Shown in pieces: positions 29,332 through 38,967 of a DNA stretch of 57,284 nucleotides. The DNA is taken from contig JBHLQY010000005.1 of the NCBI GenBank assembly GCA_048883105.1, positions 1-57,284 on the forward strand, read 5' to 3'. Every line of letters starts with the position of its first letter. The first letter of the stretch is position 1. The position numbers and the translations under genes were made by a program. This DNA comes from Candidatus Thorarchaeota archaeon (lineage in GTDB: Archaea > Asgardarchaeota > Lokiarchaeia > Sigyniarchaeales > SOKP01). The notes under the pieces are model-generated. The model searched no databases, was not told the DNA's origin, and saw only the letters and a program-made list of their open reading frames with translations.

Positions 29332-30771
29332 ATGGAAACCGAAAAAGATATCATCCCTTTAAAAACTAAGATAAACTATGGATTAGGATCCTTTGGGCTC
29401 CAATTAACAACAGGACTATTCGGTGCGTGGACTTTAACGTATTACATTAAGATTGTAAAGATTGAACCCTTATTGTGGGCTCTTGCGTTTATTTTATATT
29501 TCGCATGGAATGCGGTTAATGATCCTCTTTTTGGACACTTATCTGACCGTACTCACACAAAATATGGACGAAGAATTCCCTTTATTATGGTTTGTAGCCC
29601 TTTATTATCCTTAAGTTTCATTTTGTTATATTTTACTCCTACAGAAAGCGAGCAATGGGTTTATTTTCTATGGCTATTGATTACGCTCATTGCTTACGAT
29701 AGTTTTTTCACGATTGTAGGATTATGCTTTAATTCTCTCATGAGTGAGTTAACTATTGAACATGAAGAGAGAGCAGCTTTGAATTTATTTGCTGGAATAG
29801 GTGGAGGAATCGCGATTGCCATATCGTATGCCCTTCCTATTTTGTTTATTCAAAATATCCAACCTTATAGTCAAAATCGTCCAATTTTTTTAGGTATTGT
29901 AATATTAATAGCAATTTTGGGCGCAGCATTTTTAGCATTTACAGCATTCGGAATTAAAGAACGCCCTGAGTTATTACCGGATGAAAATGAGAATCTAGGG
30001 TTATGGGAATCTACTAAAACGACGTTAAAAAATAAAGCTTTTTTAACTTTTGTTATTTTCAATTTTATGATAACTTACGTCGTTGCTGCAATTCTTTCAA
30101 ATCTTCCATTTTATATACAAGATGTTTTGAACGTTTCAGAAAACGATCTTCTTGCTACCATGCCCTTAATATTATTTATTGTTTTTTCAATTATAGGATA
30201 TCCTTTAGGACTTATTTTAAATAAAAAATGCGGGAATAAGATCGCTGTTTTTATATTATCGTCATTAGTAGTTTTTGGACTGGTGTGTGTAACCTTTGCT
30301 ACGGATATAATAATGGCTAATATTTGCTTTGCAATCATAGGTTTTGGATTTTCTGGACAAACTCTATTAGTTTATACTTTATTAGCTGATGTAATTGACG
30401 AAGACGAACTCGAAACAGGAGTCAGAAGGGAGGGGATGTTTTTTGGGACTAATGCTCTAATTACAAAACCAGCTCAATCAGTATCAGCTGCAATATCTGG
30501 TTTAGTTTTCTATTTCACATTTTATAACCAAGATTTAAGTCCTGGAGAAACTCAACCTGCAAGTGCTATATTTGGCATAAAATTGTTAATTGGGCTTATC
30601 CCAGCAATCTTTATCATAATTGGTATGATATTTTTATGGTTATATCCTCACAATCCTAAATGTGAGGATTATAAAGAAATGAAACGGAAAGTTAGTATTT
30701 TACATGAGGAAAAACTACAAAGATGTCGTGAAAGATTAGCTTGTGCAGTAGAGGAAGATGAAAGGAAATGA
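29332..30771 (+). CDS. MFS glycoside-pentoside-hexuronide:cation symporter family transporter
   Basis: NAVNDPLFG.LSD...GRRIPF, ADVID.DE..TG.RREG. Confidence 0.93.
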   Translation: METEKDIIPLKTKINYGLGSFGLQLTTGLFGAWTLTYYIKIVKIEPLLWALAFILYFAWNAVNDPLFGHLSDRTHTKYGRRIPFIMVCSPLLSLSFILLYFTPTESEQWVYFLWLLITLIAYDSFFTIVGLCFNSLMSELTIEHEERAALNLFAGIGGGIAIAISYALPILFIQNIQPYSQNRPIFLGIVILIAILGAAFLAFTAFGIKERPELLPDENENLGLWESTKTTLKNKAFLTFVIFNFMITYVVAAILSNLPFYIQDVLNVSENDLLATMPLILFIVFSIIGYPLGLILNKKCGNKIAVFILSSLVVFGLVCVTFATDIIMANICFAIIGFGFSGQTLLVYTLLADVIDEDELETGVRREGMFFGTNALITKPAQSVSAAISGLVFYFTFYNQDLSPGETQPASAIFGIKLLIGLIPAIFIIIGMIFLWLYPHNPKCEDYKEMKRKVSILHEEKLQRCRERLACAVEEDERK

Positions 30772-32738
30772 AAAAACGCCCATATAATAAGTTAACACCA
30801 ATATCGTTTCACCAAGTCGAAATAATTGATAATTTCTGGTCAAAGCGACAAAAAATTAACAGAGACATTTCAATTCATCTTCAACATCAAAAACTTGAGG
30901 CTGCTCATCATATTGATAATTTTAGAGTAGCGGCAGGTGTAAAAGAAGGCACTCATAAAGGTGAATTTTATTATGACGCAGATTTATATAAATGGTTCGA
31001 AGCTGCTTGTTATATCTCATATTTAAATAAATCTCTTGAACTGGATAATAAAATAAATGAAATAAAAGATTTGATTATTAAATCTCAAATAAGAGATGGC
31101 TATTTAAATACTTATTATTCCACAAAATTTATACATAGGAGATTTACAAATTTACAAATGCTTCATGAGTTATTTTGTGCGGGGCATCTCATTCAAGCAG
31201 CAATCGCTTATTATGATTTAACTGAAAGTGAAGCTCTAATTAACGTCGTTATAAAATATGCTGATTTTCTAGTAGATACTTTTTTAAAAAGAGAACGCAA
31301 CCAAGTACCTGGACACGAAGAAATTGAAATGGCCTTAATAGAATTGTATCGATTCACTGATAATGAGAATTATTTAAAACTTGCTAAAAAATTTATTAAT
31401 GGCAGAGGAAAAATTAGAAAATATAAAACTTATGCTTTAAATCAATTTTTAGATATGTTATCCACTTCAAAAATGTCTGAGAAAATTGAAAGAGAATATG
31501 AAATGAAAACTTATGGTTCGTATGAGGAAAAAAGCGAGGTCGTTGAATTTCTTTCAGATATCTCTATTTTTGGTTGGATAAAGTTAATACTAAAATATTT
31601 TAAAGGAGAATTTAATCAATTAAATGTTCCCGTGCGTGAGGCTTATGAACCAGTAGGACATGCTGTAAGAGCAATGTATCTTTATTGTGGGATGGCGGAT
31701 CTTTACTCTGAAACCGGAGATAAATCCTTATTGACAGCATTGGAATTGATATGGCTTAAGATGATTAAGGCACGGATGTATATTACAGGTGGGACAGGTT
31801 CAGTAAGATCTCTTGAGGGATTTGATAAAGATTTTGCGTTAAAAAATGAAAAATCTTATTCGGAAACCTGTGCCGCAATTGGTAATATGATGTGGAATTG
31901 GAGGATGCTGCAAATTACTGGTAAATGCAAATTCGCTGATTTAATAGAAAAACTGCTTTATAACGCTATGCTAGTTGGTCAATCAATAGACGGAAAATCG
32001 TATACTTATACTAATCCATTAGTTTCAGAGGGGAATGATAAAAGACATGAATGGTTTATGTGTGCTTGTTGTCCACCTAATGTTGCCAGAACTATTTCCT
32101 CTCTAGGAAAATATATTTATAGCGTTTCTGAAAAAGGGATATGGATTCATCAATATATCGGTAGTAAAATGAAAACTGTTTTAGATGAGAATAAAAAAAT
32201 CAATTTAAATTTATCCAGTGATTTTCCTTGGGATGGAAAAGTAAAAATTACTCTAGAGCTAAAAGGAAATCAAAATTTTTCTATTTTTTTAAGGATACCT
32301 AACTGGTGCAATGATGCAGCACTTTTCATCAATAATACTAAATATCAAGGGAGGTTACCTTCAGGAAAATATATAGAAATTATACGTAATTGGAACAACA
32401 ATGATGTTATTAAATTAAATCTCAAAATGGAGCCTAAACTTGAGTTAGGCAATCGTAGAATTAAGGAAAACCGTGGAAGAGTAGCAATATCGTTTGGTCC
32501 TTTGATTTATTGTATGGAACAAATAGATAATACAAAATTCAATATATTCAGAGCTGAAATCTCAAGAAATTCTAATTTAAGAGTTAGTTACAAATCAGAT
32601 CTATTAGGTGGAATTAATGTTATTGAAGGAAACTTATTAGATAATAAAAAATTTGTAGCAATTCCTTATTACTCATGGTGTAATCGTGGTCCAAATAAAA
32701 TGCAAATTTGGCATAAAAGGGAGAAATATGGCATGTAA
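30768..32738 (+). CDS. Glycoside hydrolase family 127 (beta-L-arabinofuranosidase-like)
   Basis: HEL.CAGH, GHEEIE, GHAVRA, YSETCA, CACCPPN; ATGA-coupled to the MFS gene. Confidence 0.95.
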   Translation: MKKRPYNKLTPISFHQVEIIDNFWSKRQKINRDISIHLQHQKLEAAHHIDNFRVAAGVKEGTHKGEFYYDADLYKWFEAACYISYLNKSLELDNKINEIKDLIIKSQIRDGYLNTYYSTKFIHRRFTNLQMLHELFCAGHLIQAAIAYYDLTESEALINVVIKYADFLVDTFLKRERNQVPGHEEIEMALIELYRFTDNENYLKLAKKFINGRGKIRKYKTYALNQFLDMLSTSKMSEKIEREYEMKTYGSYEEKSEVVEFLSDISIFGWIKLILKYFKGEFNQLNVPVREAYEPVGHAVRAMYLYCGMADLYSETGDKSLLTALELIWLKMIKARMYITGGTGSVRSLEGFDKDFALKNEKSYSETCAAIGNMMWNWRMLQITGKCKFADLIEKLLYNAMLVGQSIDGKSYTYTNPLVSEGNDKRHEWFMCACCPPNVARTISSLGKYIYSVSEKGIWIHQYIGSKMKTVLDENKKINLNLSSDFPWDGKVKITLELKGNQNFSIFLRIPNWCNDAALFINNTKYQGRLPSGKYIEIIRNWNNNDVIKLNLKMEPKLELGNRRIKENRGRVAISFGPLIYCMEQIDNTKFNIFRAEISRNSNLRVSYKSDLLGGINVIEGNLLDNKKFVAIPYYSWCNRGPNKMQIWHKREKYGM

Positions 32739-32744
32739 TATTTA

Positions 32745-33284
32745 TTATACTTGAATATCTTGAGATGTAGCTTTTTCAAGAAGGATCTCTGTAAATAATT
32801 CGAACGCCTTTCCAACATTTTGTCCAGTTTTAGAAGATAATTCAACAAATGATGCAAGATTGTATTTTTTCGCGGCATTTATGCCATTATTTCTTTGAAC
32901 AGCTCGAAATCTTTCTAAATCCAGTTTGGAACCAATTAACATTATTGGAATGTTTCCAGCGTATTTTCTAATAATTTGCGTCCAATCAGGTAAATGGTCT
33001 AATGTAATAGAGCTTGTAATATCATATAGAAAAAAGGCACCATTGGCTCCTTTACAATACTGCGAAAGGAGGAACCTAAATCTTTCCTCCCCTCCGAAAT
33101 CCCATATTTGTAATTTAACTCTCTTACCTTGAAAATCGAGCGATTTAGAGTAAAAATCAACCCCTATGGTAAGCTTAAGATCTTCTAGAAAAAATCCAGA
33201 AATATATCTAAGTGTAAGGGATGTCTTACCGACGCTAGCATCCCCAAGCATCATGACTTTAAAAGTATAATCGTAGTCAGTCAT
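32745..33284 (-). CDS. Rab-like small GTPase
   Basis: GDASVGKT, TIGVDF, KLQIWDFGGEERF, SKLD, SSK; ATG at 33284. Confidence 0.96.
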   Translation of the reverse strand: MTDYDYTFKVMMLGDASVGKTSLTLRYISGFFLEDLKLTIGVDFYSKSLDFQGKRVKLQIWDFGGEERFRFLLSQYCKGANGAFFLYDITSSITLDHLPDWTQIIRKYAGNIPIMLIGSKLDLERFRAVQRNNGINAAKKYNLASFVELSSKTGQNVGKAFELFTEILLEKATSQDIQV

Positions 33285-33465
33285 AATATCCCTTAGAAAT
33301 TTATTTAGCAATTATTAATAGATCTTATAATTATTTAATTCTTGTCTTTAAAACTAATAAATTAAGATCAAATATAAATCAAAATATCTTTAATGTTCTA
33401 AAAATCAAAAAACCTTATATCTCGTTATAATTATTATATTTTCTTTTTTTATAATTGTCTTATAG

Positions 33466-34746
33466 ATGATCGAAAGTAATTCCTTAGAAATTGACAATAA
33501 AGAATTTGATGATTTTTCACTTAAAAACTATAGTATAAATAATATCGGTTTTACAAAAGAGCAGATTTTATTGAAAAATTTAAAATTTATTGCTCAAGAA
33601 TATATAGAACTTGAAAAAATAAAAAAACAATTTTGTAAAATAATTCTTAAAAATCTTAATAATTTAGATTTTTCAGATTTTACGAAATATCCTAAATTTT
33701 TTATTAAGGAAAAGTATGTAAAAAAACAGGTTTGCGCCTCATGTATCAGCGGATTAAACGTAGTCAGCGTTGATGGGAGCTATATTACTAAAACTTTTAT
33801 GAATGTAGATTTTTCGTTTCTTAAAGCTATCGCTGTTAAGTACTACTTTTATAAAGATGGTAAAAGTGCAAAAATTGAATATTATCCAGATTTATACGGA
33901 TTTAATAATTATTTCATCCAAGGTAATTATATTAATCGGGATGAAAATCTTGTTCAAAATAAGATTTCAATAGATATGACTTTCATGGAGATAAATCTAT
34001 TAAACAAGTTTATTGAAAGATCGCCAGACATTGATTTTATCATAATAGATGGTTCAATTGTTCCAACACCAATTAATTTACTATTTTCACAGGATCTTGA
34101 AATTTCTAAGAAATACGATAATTTATTGAAAGAATATCATAAATTATATTCAAATTGTAAAGATAAAGGAATTATATTAGTAGGATCTATCAAAGATACG
34201 CGAACGGCGGCTTTATCACATTTATTAAGAGATTCTATTCAATTTTTGAAGCCTAACCATGATATTTTAAGTGATTTTACAAAAATAAATTATCGAAAGG
34301 TAATCAATTTTGTTTCCGATTTAGATCTATTTAATAAGTTATTATTTAAATCTGAAAGAAGTTGTATTTTCATTTGTAAACGTGAAATTGATAAAATTAG
34401 AGATACGGGGATTAAAAAGGAAATTCCATATTATTTTCCACTTAATTTCTATGCATTTTATCTAAAAACGGCTAAATATGATGCACCTTGCAGAATAGAA
34501 TTTTTTACTGATGAAATTACTAACTTTAAGAAGGCATCTGAAAAGGCAGATTTAATTTCTTCTATAATATTACCTATTTCAGGAATAAATGAACGTTATG
34601 GGTTGCCTATACCTCAAATTGAGGCACATAAAAGAGCTGTTTTTAAAGCTCAAGAAGTAAATCTATTATTTAATAGTTTAACAAGAATTTTAAATAAAAA
34701 TGGTATCTTGTTATTAAAAAAAAGAAGAAATAGGAGACCTTTTTAA
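33466..34746 (+). CDS. nurA: NurA-family nuclease
   Basis: VDGS, IIIDGS, R.EF, YGLP.P..EAH. Confidence 0.85.
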   Translation: MIESNSLEIDNKEFDDFSLKNYSINNIGFTKEQILLKNLKFIAQEYIELEKIKKQFCKIILKNLNNLDFSDFTKYPKFFIKEKYVKKQVCASCISGLNVVSVDGSYITKTFMNVDFSFLKAIAVKYYFYKDGKSAKIEYYPDLYGFNNYFIQGNYINRDENLVQNKISIDMTFMEINLLNKFIERSPDIDFIIIDGSIVPTPINLLFSQDLEISKKYDNLLKEYHKLYSNCKDKGIILVGSIKDTRTAALSHLLRDSIQFLKPNHDILSDFTKINYRKVINFVSDLDLFNKLLFKSERSCIFICKREIDKIRDTGIKKEIPYYFPLNFYAFYLKTAKYDAPCRIEFFTDEITNFKKASEKADLISSIILPISGINERYGLPIPQIEAHKRAVFKAQEVNLLFNSLTRILNKNGILLLKKRRNRRPF

Positions 34747-34901
34747 ATTAAATCTACTTTTAATCTATTTAAGATAACATCTTCAAAGGAAATATGTTTT
34801 TTTTCTAGGATTTCGTTTTTAAAGCCTTTTTGGATTATATAGTTATCTAAAAGGGCTAGATTCGTTCTACTTGAACTAATATAATAAATATAAGATTTAT
34901 T
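34743..34901 (-). pseudogene. Probable C-terminal remnant of a HemK2/N6AMT1-type methyltransferase
   Basis: 52 open codons with no start directly after the ksgA TAG: NKSYIYYISSSRTNLALLDNYIIQKGFKNEILEKKHISFEDVILNRLKVDLI; hemK2 commonly follows ksgA in archaea. Confidence 0.55.
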
Positions 34902-35729
34902 CTATTTTTTTGAATTAATAAAGAGTTTACTTAATCTAATTAAATCTTCAAGTTTTAAATTGAAGATTTTCTTATTTTCAAAATTATTCTTCAACAAAAT
35001 TTTTAGTATTTCTTGTTTATCGTTTTTTAAATATAATTTTAAGGCATTAGCAATATTTTTATTTTTATAAGGCATAATCCCTGCAACAAATTTCAAAAAG
35101 AAATTTTTATTATCATTATCTAACAAAAATGGATTTAAATCCTTTTTTGGTTTTATTTTAATGAGTGCTAAATCAATGTTTGGCATAGGATAAAAACAAT
35201 TTCTTGAAATACCAAATTTTTCGACTGGTTCCATAAAAGTATTTAAGGAAATAGTTATTCTAGAAAAATTTTTATAATTTTCTTTAAAAAAAATTCGGTC
35301 AGCAATATTTTTTTCAACGGTTAAAATTCCTTGGGGAGGATTATACTTAAAAAAAACCTTTTCTAACAGTGGTCCTGTTATTGAATATGGAATATTAGAC
35401 ACTACTTTGTTACAAAAAGGCAACTCCACTTTTAAAATATCGGCGTTAATGATTTCGATATTATCGCATTCAGCGAATTTCTCAGAAAGATAAGAGCAAA
35501 ATTTAGATTCGATTTCAATTGCATAGACTTTTTTAACATTTTTTACCAATAATTCTGTTAAAACACCTAAACCAGGACCGATCTCCAATACAACATCATC
35601 ACCCGAAAGTTCAGATTCTATTATTATTTTATCACCAATATTCTTGTCAATTAAAAAATTTTGACCTAATCTCCTTTTAGGTCTAATTTTTAATTGTTTT
35701 AAAATGAGCTGTACATTACTTTTATTCAT
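34902..35729 (-). CDS. ksgA: 16S rRNA dimethyladenosine transferase KsgA/Dim1
   Basis: LGQNFL, EIGPGLG, SNIPY. Confidence 0.97.
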   Translation of the reverse strand: MNKSNVQLILKQLKIRPKRRLGQNFLIDKNIGDKIIIESELSGDDVVLEIGPGLGVLTELLVKNVKKVYAIEIESKFCSYLSEKFAECDNIEIINADILKVELPFCNKVVSNIPYSITGPLLEKVFFKYNPPQGILTVEKNIADRIFFKENYKNFSRITISLNTFMEPVEKFGISRNCFYPMPNIDLALIKIKPKKDLNPFLLDNDNKNFFLKFVAGIMPYKNKNIANALKLYLKNDKQEILKILLKNNFENKKIFNLKLEDLIRLSKLFINSKK

Positions 35730-35775
35730 AACAATTTTACCAAAATAAAAAAGAATTATATAAATTCAATGAAAT

Positions 35776-36426
35776 TTATTCATATTTTTGAGTCTTCGAA
35801 AATAGATAATATTTGACGTCTCTGGTTAACTCTTTAATTATTCGTAATGCTATTAATTTCATAGGATTTGAAATACTCGTTCTATCCGCTATATCTTGGA
35901 ATTTTACAAAATTCTGTTTTTCTCTTGCTTCAATAATTTCCCACATATGTTTTTTTCCTACACCTGGTAGTAACTTTAAAGCATGCATCCTAGGCGTTAT
36001 TGCAGTAGAATTATTAAAGAAACTTATGAATTCCTCTTCGTAATTTAAAATTTCTTTTTCGAGAACTGGTTGAATCAGTGCTTTTGAAGTACTAGTTAAC
36101 TCATCATAATCTATTTTTTTCAGTACTTCCTTTAATTTAGTTTCTTGCAAAAATTCCTCGTAGATACCTTTCTCTTCGGGTTTAAGATCGGTATTTTTTT
36201 CAATTTTAACTTCGTAAAGAACGAAATCAGGAAAAGTAAGAACCTGTGCGATTGGTGTTTTTGTCCAACTTGGTCTATCTTCCTCTGGATGGCCATGCGG
36301 CAATACATCTAAGACAATAAGCTCGCGGGCCTTTTTTATGAATTGTTTCCTCTTTCTGGGTTTTCGGTTCCGGTATGGTGGACCTTTGCGATTCTGAGGT
36401 CTTCTGTATCTGTCTCTTCTTTCCAT
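35776..36426 (-). CDS. DUF655 family nucleic-acid-binding protein
   Basis: VLD.LPHG, FFN...IT.RMH.L.LLPGVGKK; between rpoF and ksgA; ATG at 36426. Confidence 0.93.
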   Translation of the reverse strand: MERRDRYRRPQNRKGPPYRNRKPRKRKQFIKKARELIVLDVLPHGHPEEDRPSWTKTPIAQVLTFPDFVLYEVKIEKNTDLKPEEKGIYEEFLQETKLKEVLKKIDYDELTSTSKALIQPVLEKEILNYEEEFISFFNNSTAITPRMHALKLLPGVGKKHMWEIIEAREKQNFVKFQDIADRTSISNPMKLIALRIIKELTRDVKYYLFSKTQKYE

Positions 36427-36606
36427 AAACACCAATTATATCATTTTTTACTTTTCCAGTATCCATAATAATGGTTTGTTTCTAAATGAAAACTTAGAAT
36501 AGTTTAGGATTGTTCATTAAAATTAAAAACAATTAAAACTTATAAATTCATCGTTCTATGAATATTACAAACTTCTCCTAATAATATTATAATAAATTGT
36601 ATTTTA

Positions 36607-36972
36607 TTAAGATGTTTTTAATTCATTTATTTGATATAATAAATCTTGAAGTTCATTGTTATTTAAAGATTTTCCAACAAAAGACTTCTCTAATATAATT
36701 CTTAATTCTGGAATGGTCTGAGGATCGATATTCACTATATTAATCGCAAATGTTTCTTCAAGATCGTATTTTTCTATTAAGAACTTTTGAATTTTTTTAG
36801 CATCCTTCTCAGACATTTTAGCATAATGGTTCGCATAATTATACGTAATCTCTTGAAAATGAGACATACTTTCTTCGGGATCAATTTCCATTATTCTTTC
36901 TTTAACGGACTCCATAATTTTCTTTACTTCGGGTATTGATACAGTCTTTTCTGATATTTTACGTCCAGACAT
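36607..36972 (-). CDS. rpoF: RNA polymerase subunit Rpo4 (RpoF)
   Basis: SIPEVK, IVNIDP....LR.IL; conserved L21e-rpoF order. Confidence 0.9.
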   Translation of the reverse strand: MSGRKISEKTVSIPEVKKIMESVKERIMEIDPEESMSHFQEITYNYANHYAKMSEKDAKKIQKFLIEKYDLEETFAINIVNIDPQTIPELRIILEKSFVGKSLNNNELQDLLYQINELKTS

Positions 36973-37008
36973 TATTTAAATCGTTTAATATTATTAGCAT
37001 TAATTAAA

Positions 37009-37317
37009 TTAATCTTTAATAGAAATAGGATTCAGTCTCAAGTGTTCCTTACCAATTATAAGGAGCTTTTTTGATTTTCCTAACTTCATTAAGACTTCGT
37101 AGCAGCGGCCTCTTTTTCCGACTATTACCCCCGTTCGACCATGATATCTTCGATGAGGCATTCCACGCTTGTGTTGAGAAGGATCGGTTATGATATCAAC
37201 CTTATCGTTAATTTCATAATCTATTAAATATTTTTCTATCGAACCTAAGCCACGGGAACGTACTTTTTTTCGGTGTCTTCTTCTGCATTTATTCCGATAG
37301 CCTTTATGTATAGTCAA
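37009..37317 (-). CDS. rpl21e: Ribosomal protein L21e
   Basis: KGYR, GMPHRRYHGRTG, EHL; TTG at 37317 (alternative 37326). Confidence 0.97.
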   Translation of the reverse strand: MTIHKGYRNKCRRRHRKKVRSRGLGSIEKYLIDYEINDKVDIITDPSQHKRGMPHRRYHGRTGVIVGKRGRCYEVLMKLGKSKKLLIIGKEHLRLNPISIKD

Positions 37318-37425
37318 ATTCTTCAACCTTAAGGCAAATTAATCTAATAATTGCTCGTGTAATTTAGTAAATTTATGAATTATAATTTATTTATTTTATC
37401 ATTTAGTTACTTTTAATCGTTCTTT

Positions 37426-38790
37426 TTAGTTTTCTGCGTTTATAACATCTAATTCTTTACAAATGAGGGGAATTTTAAATATTTCTGCGAAGGATGGAGT
37501 TGTCCGACCGTTATCACCATTGATTAATTCTTTGACATAAGTACCCCCCTGTGTTTCAATTATAAATTCAAATAAGTTAGGTTTGATATGTTGAGCTTCT
37601 ATGTTATAAATAATTTTCTTTCTTATGATATCAGCACGTCGATGAGAAACTCTACTTGGTGTTCTTTGAGAAATTTTTTGATTCTCAAATTTATTTTTTA
37701 ACTCATTTATTAAGTCCTTAAATTTATCCAAATTTAAACCTTTTTTAGCTTCTACTGATACTTTATATTTTTTTTTTGAACTTTCTGCTCTGAATTTAAT
37801 GCTAATAACTTCTTTTTTGTTACTATATCTTAGATCACAAATTCTTATTTTTCCAACATTGATTTGATTAATTTTTTTTTCAATTTTGTCTAAGTCTAAA
37901 GTTCTTATCTGTGGGTTTTTTAATTCTAGAATAAATGGTCTTCCAGTACCTAACATTCTCACATCAATATCTTCACGCCCAGCTCCATGAAATTTTGAAT
38001 CTGATGCATGAGTCTCTTTAATAAATTCAGGATTAATTAATTCTTCCACGCTTGTTTCGTATTTTTTACCAGAAAAATTGCAAATTTCGCATCCTTTTCC
38101 TTGGCAATTCTTACAAATCCAACGAGTTTGGGGGATGCCTCTAATTAGTTTATTGTATCTTCCAGCAATAAAAAGAGATTTAAATATTAATTCTATATTA
38201 AAATTTTCAAAACCTATTGAATATAAAAAAATGACATCGGGATTGTTAAATTCAGCTGGTTTTTTTAATTCCTTAGATGTTATTTTTCCAACAACACGAT
38301 TGAAATGGCTTTTAAACGACTCTGAATTTAAGAGATTTAATTCTGCTTTGAAAATATCTTCCCGATTAATTATCTCGGAATTTGGACTTGTGCCAATTAA
38401 AAAGCTATTAAATTCAATAGTTTTAACAAGTTCTTTTGCTTTTTCTACATAGATTTGTAAATTCGAAAAAATGTCGTTGCATAAATAGCACTTTTTGTTC
38501 AAATTGGCTTTGGAATAATCAAAGCCTTCATTCTCTAAAACTTTTTGAGCGGGTATAAATTTTGCGTTCTCAGCTAAAATTCTCAGATTATTCATTGCCG
38601 TCTTTTCATAATTCTTATCTCCTGAAAAATATTTTCTATGATTTTCCATAGTAAATGAAAGTAATAACGAGTTTCCTCTCTCTAAGTTTGTAGTACTTGT
38701 CCCTAATAATGCGAATATTCTTCCAAGACAATTTGGACAAATGTAATACTTTTGATAAATCTCTAAAACTCTGTCAAAAATTGAGTTCAT
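37426..38790 (-). CDS. pus10: tRNA pseudouridine(54/55) synthase Pus10
   Basis: GRYNKL.RGIPQT, FHGAGREDIDVRMLG, QGGTYVKELI. Confidence 0.98.
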   Translation of the reverse strand: MNSIFDRVLEIYQKYYICPNCLGRIFALLGTSTTNLERGNSLLLSFTMENHRKYFSGDKNYEKTAMNNLRILAENAKFIPAQKVLENEGFDYSKANLNKKCYLCNDIFSNLQIYVEKAKELVKTIEFNSFLIGTSPNSEIINREDIFKAELNLLNSESFKSHFNRVVGKITSKELKKPAEFNNPDVIFLYSIGFENFNIELIFKSLFIAGRYNKLIRGIPQTRWICKNCQGKGCEICNFSGKKYETSVEELINPEFIKETHASDSKFHGAGREDIDVRMLGTGRPFILELKNPQIRTLDLDKIEKKINQINVGKIRICDLRYSNKKEVISIKFRAESSKKKYKVSVEAKKGLNLDKFKDLINELKNKFENQKISQRTPSRVSHRRADIIRKKIIYNIEAQHIKPNLFEFIIETQGGTYVKELINGDNGRTTPSFAEIFKIPLICKELDVINAEN

Positions 38791-38967
38791 AACTTAACTA
38801 AATATAGTAAAAGATCATATTTTTTATTTTATTATAGAGAAGAAATGGTTATTAAAAAGATTTTAAAATAATTTATTTTTTTAATACATAATTAAAAATA
38901 TAGAATTAAGACACTAAAATAAAGTTCTATTCTAATCATAGATCTAAACTTGATTAAGTGTTATAAT

